Of a stretch of 64,000 bases of DNA, positions 26,179-36,321 are shown piece by piece. The notes beneath the pieces are model-generated. The model made no database searches, was not told the origin of the DNA, and saw only the letters and a program-made list of their open reading frames with translations. The first letter of the stretch is position 1; every line of letters begins with the position of its first letter. This DNA is from Schmidtea nova (Eukaryota). Location of the stretch: the NCBI GenBank assembly GCA_044892505.1, contig CM097883.1:289540001-289604000 (forward strand), written 5' to 3'. A program made the position numbers and the translations under genes.

Positions 26179-27879
26179 AGAAAACGTTGAGGTAAACACC
26201 GGTTCGGCCATCGCAAGAGTTTTGATATCATTCGAAAATGGACCGATTTGGCACCTGGAAAATAGAAAAAGAAAAATATTCGCAAATAGAAGCAAATGAA
26301 ACCATAACGGTGAATGGGATTGTCTACCGAAGAGAAAAGACATTTATCAGATAAAAAAGTGATTATGGAAAAATTGAATTAAAATTAGACTAACAATATA
26401 TGTATATATATATTCTAATTGATTAATAAATTTTATATTGAGACTTTGTGATTTGGCATCCCATCCCAAAATAAGTAAAATAAATCAAAAAAAGGATGAA
26501 TGATTGATATCAGCAAAATAACCCTTATGTATTATGAAAACATTAATGTTCGATTATAACGAAACTGAAAAGAATGAGTACTACTAATAAAATTATTATN
26601 NNNNNNNNNNNNNNNNNNNNNNNNNNNNNNNNNNNNNNNNNNNNNNNNNNNNNNNNNNNNNNNNNNNNNNNNNNNNNNNNNNNNNNNNNNNNNNNNNNNN
26701 NNNNNNNNNNNNNNNNNNNNNNNNNNNTTTATTTATTATTAATATCTTGATTATGGTTATGATCATGAAATGTTTGTAAGAATTTAATAATAATTTATTA
26801 ATGATTTAAATGTTTTTTTGCCTTATAAATGATAGGTAACTCCATTTGAAAAAAGTTAACAAATTTATTTGGGTTTAATTAATAATATAATAATGATTTA
26901 AATGCTTTTTGCATTATAAATGTTAGGTAACTCCATTCAAAATAAGTCAATAAATCTTTTAGTATTTTCTTGGGCAACGCAACGACTAACACGCATATGC
27001 TTTTTCTGCTATATTGACGTATTTCCAATCAAGTAACAAGAAATCAAGCCTTTGGACACTGTGCAATCATGGAGACCTTGTAGACTTTATTCAAAAAAAA
27101 TTATAATAATGCATTAGTAGACTATTTATTAACTTTTAAATACTATATGACATCCAGCGTATAGGTATGATTGGTCAATAGTTTATAATAATAATTTACA
27201 AAGAATAAATATATTCTAAGATATGAATTACAGTTCGATTAGAAATCTATTTGTATTGATTATATGCTCGTGGAATGAAAAAAACTTTACGTCAGCAAGC
27301 GTTTGTTGATTACAAAGTTTATTTTTTACAAATATTATTAAATAATTTATTAAGAATAAATAAACGAATAATAATTACATTTTGAATAGAAATTCTAAAA
27401 TAATCAATTTTATATATGATGTAGCTGTCTCATTTTCGGGCAGCTGGACAAATGAAAAAGTTCTCAGATCATTCATTTCTCGAGGAAAAAGTAATTTTCC
27501 TGAGCAATTTGCCGGAGACGCCTTTTTAATATCGTGGACATTTTTCCAACTGCTTCTTTTCAGTGTGTCTTATTCTTTATTAGAGCCTGCAAATTCGTTG
27601 AGAAATAAATCAGAACTATATAGTTATCGAATTATTACACATAACAGATAATTCTTTTTTCAAATCGTAAATATCGTAAATGCCATTTTGTTTTTTGTTG
27701 ATAACTGTTGGATTTGTTGGTGGAGTCTATATTGTAATTATTAAAATGTAATTGTCAATAATAATTATTACCAGTCCAATTGGTGTAATAAAATGGGGTC
27801 TTCTAGTCATGTTGGAGTTTCCTCCGTTCAGAGTTGCGTGGGCTGGGTGCCTTTGCCTTGATCTTCTTTCTCCGTTCAA

Positions 27880-28233
27880 AATCTGTAAAAAATGAAATTT
27901 AAAAAAAAACGAGGCTTTAAAAAGAGAGAGGTGGCCAATCATAAATAAATGTTCTGCGATTGGCCAGCATCTCTTACTTTCTGGCAGCTCACAAAAAGAT
28001 TAATCGGCAATGCCGACAAAAATAAAGTGAAAATTTGATAATTGGCTATGCCGATTTCGATAATTGCCAACAATTAAAAGAGCTGAAAGCTCAATGATGA
28101 TAATTAACAAAAATCGGCAAAGGCCGATCAGATTGTCCAAAATTATAATCGGCAATGTCGATTTGAAAAAAGTAAATATCGGTAAAACCGATTTATTATC
28201 ACCAGCAAAGCTGAGTTATTAATTACCTATTAA

Positions 28234-28240
<7 letters not shown>
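27880..28240. repeat. Repeat unit with inverted CCAAT pair and TCGGY-n3-RCCGA palindromes, copy 1
   Basis: Matches 29450-29780; followed by an (ATT)n tract. Confidence 0.7.
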
Positions 28241-28313
<73 letters not shown>

Positions 28314-29449
28314 TTTATCAAAGAAAGTATTATTATCATAATTATTATCATAAATATTATCAAAATTACATTATTATAATTTGCTCATTTTATTATTATC
28401 ATGTACACAAGTAAAATATTGCAAAATATTTGTGTTATAACTTTCTAATTATGGACAAAACGTATATGCACTTTAGAATATTTTATTAAATTAAGGATGT
28501 ATTGTTTCTTAAATAATCCAGTAAAGCTAAGGTAAATTACAATTTCATTTAGACAACCTCAGTAAAAGGATTTCGACACATCTTTCATCATCTAAAACCG
28601 TGTTAATGACGTTTTGAATATTACCATAAAATAATTTTGTAGAACGATATCACTCTCGCCCAAAAAAAAATCATATTCCAATGGGTTTGTATCCTCAAAA
28701 TAAACTTTTTATAATCTGATTAATATAAAAGGGCTTATTATAATGATTATAATGGCTTCAGAACTGGAATGTACAAAAATAACGCGAAATCAAAAAAAAG
28801 CTATTAAATAGCAAATGTTTATTAAAAGGGACAAAAAATAGAACTTCCATTAAGAGTCTGAACCCCCATAAGGCATAAAGGCACATCCATGAGATTGACA
28901 GAATATGTGCGCCGCTAAGTCAAGGCCGCCCCAGTGTTGGCGAAATATTGATAACCTACAACTCCGCAGATGTTTCCACAGCCAGCACCCACAATTGGTT
29001 TGACATAGCTCCTCATACGGGAGTATTGAGATATCGGGAGTTAATTTTTGTGAGAAGGAAATATCCGGTGATCTGGGTGATAAGTGATCATTCTTCATGT
29101 GAGGGACGTTTTCATCTTTTTCGGAGTGCTGACAGGGAAGTGGTTGCAGTATTTTTGGTTCGGTGTTGAGGTGCCTGATTGTTGAAGGTTTTTGGTTGTT
29201 GTTGGAGGTGTTCGGCGACGTTGGTATAGATTGGTCGTTCCTCATGTGGTGGGGACTTTCGTAGTGTTCGTGGAGATATCTGGTAACCAGTAAAAACATA
29301 TTATTAAAATATTTGAAAGCTACAGCCAAAAAAAAGTTTACAGAAATTCAGCGATCTTGTTAGAAATAGTCATTTCTCTTGTGGTGAGAGTTGTAATAGC
29401 GATTTTCAGATATTGGTGGACAAAATAAAATTGCACATTTTTCAGAGGA

Positions 29450-29780
29450 AATTGTAAAAAAATGAAATTAAAAAAATGAGCCTTAAAAAGAAAGAGAAGC
29501 GGCCAATCACGAATAAATGTTCTGTGATTGGCCAGCAGATATTTAATTCTTCTGCTATTTGGAAATGTTGAGCCGAATGCTTAATTAGTCAAGTAAACAA
29601 TCAACAATGCCGACAAAATTAAAAGATCAATTAAATCGGCAAAGCCGATTAAATAAACAATGAATAGAGCTAAAAGCTCAGAAATTATAATTATCGGCAA
29701 AGCCAAACTAAATAAATAAAATCTCGGCAATGCCGATTTCAAAAAACAAACAAAATATGTCGGCAAAACCGATTTATTAA
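29450..29780. repeat. Repeat unit with inverted CCAAT pair and palindromes, copy 2
   Basis: GGCCAATCACGAATAAATGTTCTGTGATTGGCC; matches 27880-28240. Confidence 0.7.
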
Positions 29781-29953
29781 TTATTATTATTATTAGTGTT
29801 ATTATTATTATTATTATTATTAAAATTATTTATTAATTATTATTATTAGTATCAAATATTGTTATAATTATTATTATTAGTAGTAAAGTGTAGTTACTAT
29901 AATTATTATAATTTATATTATCGATTATAAAAGAGACTAATTAATAATTATTA

Positions 29954-29990
<37 letters not shown>

Positions 29991-29994
29991 CATT

Positions 29995-30265
29995 ATCATA
30001 TTGTGACGCTACTTACATAGGAAAAACACATAGAACTTTTCGCACCCGACTTAATGAACATACTAAAATCAAAACCAGTAATTATTACGAACACTGGGAA
30101 AAAGTACATAAAACAACTCCATCTATAGAAGAAACAAAATGCCAGATCCTACAAGAGGGATTCAAAAATTCATTACAAAGATTAGCTTCCGAGACTTTTT
30201 TCATAAAAAAATACAAACCGTCCATCAACATTCAATTCGCACAAAAAAAAATTAAAATAAAATAA
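29995..30265 (+). mobile_element. Penelope-like GIY-YIG endonuclease 3' fragment
   Basis: CDATYIGKTHRTFRTRLNEH ... RLASETFFIKKYKPSIN. Confidence 0.85.
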
Positions 30266-30353
30266 ATTTTTTCATCCAATAAAATCATTATAAAATATTA
30301 AAAAAATAATTAAGGCTACTATTTAGGATTAAGTAAATATAACGATAGAAATA

Positions 30354-30446
30354 CACACTTGATAAAGGCTGTGCCGAAATATTGTGTTATTGTTTATAAA
30401 AAAAAATTTTGATCTATAGTCATTATGAGAATTATTGATAATAATA

Positions 30447-30512
<66 letters not shown>

Positions 30513-31192
30513 TTTATTATTGGTGTTATTAGTGTCATAAGTATTATTAAAACATTATTAAAAATAGAAATATCACTATTATCATCATTGTTATTATTAA
30601 TATTATTGTTGCTATTAATAACATTAGTGTTATTATTATTATTAAGGTTNNNNNNNNNNNNNNNNNNNNNNNNNNNNNNNNNNNNNNNNNNNNNNNNNNN
30701 NNNNNNNNNNNNNNNNNNNNNNNNNNNNNNNNNNNNNNNNNNNNNNNNNNNNNNNNNNNNNNNNNNNNNNNNNNNNNNNNTCTCACCATTGTTATATTAC
30801 TATTATTATTATCGTTAATTGTTGGTGTTGTTGTCACCATCATTATTAAATTATTGATACCACTGGTATAACCATCTTCGCCATTATAACATTTAGATCA
30901 TTGTAGTATTATTACGATTATTACTATTTACAAGAAAATTATTATTAGTACTAGCAACATTAAGTCAATGTCATTAATAGTATGGCAATATTATTATGTA
31001 GCAGAGTAGTTGGTATTGAGATTACTCTACCATCTTATTTATAATCTAAACTATTATTATTATCATAATTATCTTTTTTCACCTTTGATCTTTTTTTATT
31101 ATTATTATCAATAATTCTCATAATGACTATAGATCAAAATTTTTTTTTATAAACAATAACACAATATTTCGGCACAGCCTTTATCAAGTGTG
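30354..31192. mobile_element. MITE/foldback element with ~100-bp TIRs, TA TSD and (ATT)n core
   Basis: TA|CACACTTGATAAAGG...CCTTTATCAAGTGTG|TA; microsatellite-rich core with a gap. Confidence 0.8.
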
Positions 31193-31296
31193 TATTATAT
31201 ATATATTATATATATTAATGGTATTGAGTGGACTCTACCAGTCTAATAAATAAAAAGATAGATTCGAGGACGAATCTTAAATAAAGGGGTGAGATA

Positions 31297-32073
31297 TGTT
31301 GGGGTTAGTATAAAAATCAAAAAAGTAACAAGAAATATCAAAATAAATAAAAGTGCAAAAATTAATTAAAATTTATCAAAAATTTTAAATTAATATTCAT
31401 GGGGGGAAATGGGTATGGTTGAATGCCAAATCAAAAGACAAACCCAAAAAAATAATAAAAATTTAGTAAGGGAACCCCAGAGAAAGTTATATAGTAAAAA
31501 CAAACTAATTAAAATTAATTAATCGCTCAATGGGAAGCACCGAGGCATTGGGAAACCCGAGCGATGAGGAAAGCTTGAGCGCAGAGAGACCCGAGAGATT
31601 AAAGTCGGGAGATTGCACAGGGCAATTAGAGAAATGCCACCCGAGTGCAATCACAATATTTTGTTATTAAAACAATTAAGCCCGAGATTGGATAACTTTT
31701 AGTTATTGATAAAACATAGTTGTTATTTGCGAGAGGTATAAAAGGCAAAGCAAAGCAGAAAGAAAGGAGAAAAACGAACGGAGAGCCGACGAGCTGAGAG
31801 TTAAAACAGAGAGTATTAAAAATTACTGAAAACTAACAAGAGAGAGATCTTGAGGAATCCAAGAGAGACAAAACGAGGAAAATATTTTATCATAGAGAAT
31901 CAATTCCGAATCCGAAAGAGAGCGCAAATTAGTCAAGAGTGTACATAACAGAAGTTGTTATTTGTGTTGATCGCTAAATAAATTGTTCTGTGTTGGGTTC
32001 ATTGATTTCGATAACTAAAGAACACGAGGAGTCAGGTCAGTAAATCGATCTGAAACAGAATAATAACCCAACA
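31297..32073 (+). repeat. 3' LTR of element A, preceded by PPT AAAGGGGTGAGA (31283-31294)
   Basis: Colinear with the 5' LTR, with multiple substitutions and two ~17-18-bp indels. Confidence 0.92.
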
Positions 32074-32300
32074 AATGCGAAGAAATTTATATCGGAAACA
32101 CCCTTCACACTTTGCATCAAAGAATGGTGGAAAGTCATCTGTATATAGACATCTTCACCAATGTCAGACAGAAAATAAGGAAAAAATAATATCAGTGAGA
32201 ATATTGACAAGCGAAAATGACGAAAAAATCTCAGACTGAAAGAAGCTATTCTCGATGTAGTGGTCTAAAAGAATTGATATTAAAGCTTGTCTCAAAATAT
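32074..32300 (+). mobile_element. Remainder of the Penelope-like GIY-YIG domain
   Basis: (C)EEIYIGNTLHTLHQRMVESH ... ILTSENDEKNLRLKEAIL continues the frame cut at 13573. Confidence 0.85.
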
Positions 32301-32761
32301 CAAAGGAACATGGTCTTCTTCAAACTTCCACTCTATTCAGTGCTATTAGATTTTCAACAATTCATTTTAATGACAATTTAACTCCAAAAACAATCAAGTT
32401 GCTAATAATTGAAGCTACAGAATGGTCTTGAAATCATGTATGTTGAAAATCGAACTTATCATGATATATTTGCTCAATTATCTTACAATTGAGAAATTCC
32501 AAGTCAAAAACATTTATGTAATTTAACCATAAATGTTCTCAAAATTTTATATATTTTATAAACTGGTTATGGTATTGGCTGATCTTACGTTCTGAATTGT
32601 TTTATTTATCTTTTTTTTTACTTTAAAGAAAATAATATTGTGCTTGTTTAAATATTTGACATTAATTATTATTTTGGGGTATATTTTGGAATTGGAATAA
32701 AAAATACATTTTTTGAGTTAGAATTGTTCAATTTTTAAATATATAAATTGAATTACAAAAA

Positions 32762-32958
32762 ATGGACAAGAAGATTTTCAATTTGAAATTAGCTCTATGT
32801 CTAACTGCTGCTACATTTCTTTTCAACTTAGTAACATTCGTTTCACCATACTGGATGGTAGCTAGGCCAGAACATCCTGGCCAATTTGTTAGACTAAGTT
32901 TATGGGTAGCTTGTTTCGATAATTATACACATCCAGAAGATTATGCTTCCAAAATGTA
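32762..32958 (+). CDS. Claudin/PMP22-like (invertebrate septate-junction claudin type) N-terminal exon
   Basis: TM1 followed by SPYW...LSLWVACFDNY.HP.DY...Y; the rest of the listed ORF reads into a MITE; may be an exon or a disrupted gene. Confidence 0.7.
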
Positions 32959-32982
32959 TAAACAATTTATAAACAATAAATA

Positions 32983-33357
32983 CACACTTGATAAAGGCTG
33001 TGCCGAAATATTGTGTTATTGTTTATAAATAAAAAAAAATTTTGATCTATAGTCATTATGAGAATTATTGATAATAATAATAAAAAAAAGATCAAAGGTG
33101 AGAAAAGATAATTATGATATTATCATTATTATTATTATCATCATTATCATTATCATAATTATCTTTTTTCACCTTTGATCTTTTTTATTATTATCAATAC
33201 TTCTCATAATGCTGACTATAGATCAAAATTTTTTTTTATAAAAATAACAATATTTCGGAACAGCCTTTATCAAGTGATAAACACACTTGACAAAGGCTGT
33301 ACCGAAATATTGTGTTATTGTTTATAAAAATAAAATTTTGATCTATAGTCAGCATTA
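32983..33357. mobile_element. Short palindromic MITE copy (32983-33276) plus adjacent third TIR (33282-gap)
   Basis: Forward and reverse arms of the CACACTTG TIR separated by a short (ATC/ATT) core. Confidence 0.8.
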
Positions 33358-34659
33358 NNNNNNNNNNNNNNNNNNNNNNNNNNNNNNNNNNNNNNNNNNN
33401 NNNNNNNNNNNNNNNNNNNNNNNNNNNNNNNNNNNNNNNNNNNNNNNNNNNNNNNNNNNNNNNNNNNNNNNNNNNNNNNNNNNNNNNNNNNNNNNNNNNN
33501 NNNNNNNNNNNNNNNNNNNNNNNNNNNNNNNATGTTTTATCGTCATAAACATTGATCGATAATCTAAAATAGAAATAAATTTAACGAATACCAAATAGTT
33601 CCGAACATGCAAATATATTCAATATTTTTGGCATTGTATCCATTCTGAGATAAAATTTTGAATCGTTAATGCTACAATTATTTCTTTTTTCGAATTTATT
33701 GTTTACCAGGAAAGCACATTATTATCCAAACTAAACAGAGGCCCGAATAAATCTCTGTGTAATGGACCTAATAGGAATAACTACAGTGGGCCAAACGAAA
33801 AGTTAATAAGAAATAACCGTGAGAACCTGGCAAAAGGCTCTAATCCTGCCAATCGCTGTGGCCCACAATCCGATGTCAAGATTCAAATATATACCTAAAA
33901 GATAATTCGGTTGTCTCTAATTTGGCAAAATTGATTTCAATATATATATATATATATATCTATTCCTTTTTGTTACTTTTGCTAGATTGAAATAAATTTT
34001 TACAATTTCATTTTTATTATTATTATTGCCAGCTGTAACCTTTGAAAAGTCAAGTTATGTACAAGTTATGTTCACTTTCGCATCAGATTGAACCATTTTA
34101 GAAAAACAAAAGTTTCAAGTATTATTATTATTGTTTGAAGATGGGCGTAGAATAGGGGTTTTAAAATTAAAATATTATACAGTGGGAAATGGAAGGTACA
34201 GAATATTAAATTAAATTTATTAAATATTTTATTAAATTTTAAATATTATGTCATTCTTTTGTTTTTGTAAAATTCTCCATGTTTTATAGTCTATTTAATT
34301 TAACCTTTTAAATTCATTTAACATTTTTCTAAATTTACACATGTTTTTATTTACCATAAAAATCTCTTGAAAATTTCAGTATAAAAAAGGTTATTGTATT
34401 TAGTTTAAGATTTTATAAAAATTAAAATTGTATAAAAATTTTATTCTAAAAAATTTTACTTTTAAATTTACCGACTCAGAGATTTCCCAAAAAATTTCGT
34501 ACTTATTTTTTAAATTTTCATATTATGTAATTTCAACTCTCACATTGCTTTAGTTTTACCATTTTTTTATTAAATTTTAAATATTATGTCATTTTTTTGT
34601 TTTTGTAAAATTCTCCATGTTTTATTGTCTATTTAGTTTAACCATTTACATCTATTTAA

Positions 34660-35640
34660 CATTCCAGTTCAAAATTACCAGAGTCCCGTTTTCCTTGAGA
34701 AATTGTGGGAATTGAAAATTCTACTGAAAATAATTTCAATCTATTTTATTTGTTTAAAAAATTTACAGGTGTTTTTTATTTACCATTAAAATTTCAGTTC
34801 AAAATTACCAAAATCACTTTTTGCCTGAGAAAAATCTGGGAGTAGAAAATCCTATTCAAAATAACCAGACTAAAAATCCTTTACAAAAATACAAGACCAA
34901 AAATCCCTGTATAAAAATCCCTGTACAAATATCCAGTGTTCATTTTTGCCCGAGAAAAATTTCGAAGCTCAAAATCCTATTCAAAATAACCAGACCAAAA
35001 TTCCCTGTACAAAAAATCCAGACCAATATTCCATGTACAAAAATACCAGAGTACCTTTTTGCCCGAGAGAAATCTCGGAGTAGAAAATCATTTACAAAAA
35101 ACCCATTCCAAAATCCAATTCAAAAATACCAAACCAAAAATCCTATTCATAATAACCAGGCATAAATTCACTGTAGAAAATATCAGTACAAAAATCTCTG
35201 TACAAAAATCCAGACCAAAATTCCATGTACAAAAATACCAGAGTCCCTTTTTTGCCCGAGAAAAATCTCGGAATAGAAAATCCTATTCAAAATAACCAGA
35301 CCAAAATCCTATTCGAAATAACCAGACTAAAAATCCAATACAAAAATACCAGACCAAAAATTCATGTATGAAAATTCCCTGTACAAAAATCCAGAGTCCC
35401 TTTTTGCCCGAGAAAAAATCTGGGAGTAAAAAATCCTATTCAAAAAAACCAGACAAACATCCTATACAAAAATACCAGACCAAAAATTCTTGTTCAAAAT
35501 AACCAGACTAAAAATCCTCTTCAAAAATCCTATTCAAAATCCCTGTACAAAAATCCAGTGTCCCTTTTTGCCCGAGAAAAATCTCTGAATAGAAAATCCT
35601 ATTCAAAAGACCGACAAAAATTTTCCTATACAAAAGATCG
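34660..35640 (+). repeat. Degenerate tandem array built from TTTTTGCCCGAGAAAAATCTCGG and AAAATCCTATTCAAAATAACCAGAC motifs
   Basis: Recurrent motifs by eye; the ORFs over it are repeat translations. Confidence 0.8.
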
Positions 35641-36321
35641 ACGAAAAAACATAGTAGCCCTCTAACCCACTTTTTGCTAGGGGGAGTGGGTAGAATTTTG
35701 AAGTGTCCCAAACGGCCACTGGGTTGGGTGGCCATTAACTACCTACTTATTTTATTTATAATATTGTAGTTATTTTTATTTATATTAAATCACATAGCTC
35801 TCACCTCTGCATAAAAATTCGGAAATGATAAAAATAAATCGAAAATATGCATTCGTAAATTGCCTTCGCTCAAATAAACGTCGTCTTTACTTCACTATGA
35901 AAGAATTAGCAAAATCGATCGGAAAGTCAAACGTATAAAAGATCATAAATGACCACTCGAAGAGTTGTTAAAATGTTATATTGAATTATGCTTACAGATT
36001 TTGCTCGATAATAGTTCGTTGAATTTTTGCTCTAAATCGTAAGCATCATTGATAAAAACTTCTAAGAATTGCATATTAGAGATCGCCAAGAGAACCGCTT
36101 GAAATTTTTATATACTTTATTTTTAGAGGTTCATATATGGTCGGAATTAATTTTTGTAAAAAATTATAATTTACTTTTAAAGATAATTTACTATATAAAA
36201 TTTTTTTAAATTGAATTATTTAGATTGTAAAATTTGTGAATAATAATTTTGTTATTGTATAAATTTTATAGAATTTTCAGATTTGGTTATAAAAATAGAA
36301 TGTACTTTTATAGATAATATA

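Larger units (their letters stand above)
13574..32073 (+). mobile_element. Large LTR element A without visible pol, 18.5 kb including nested insertions
   Basis: Paired 777-bp TG...CA LTRs (13574-14350, 31297-32073); TSD AATG (13570-13573, 32074-32077); PBS after the 5' LTR and PPT before the 3' LTR; removing it rejoins a PLE GIY-YIG reading frame. Confidence 0.88.
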
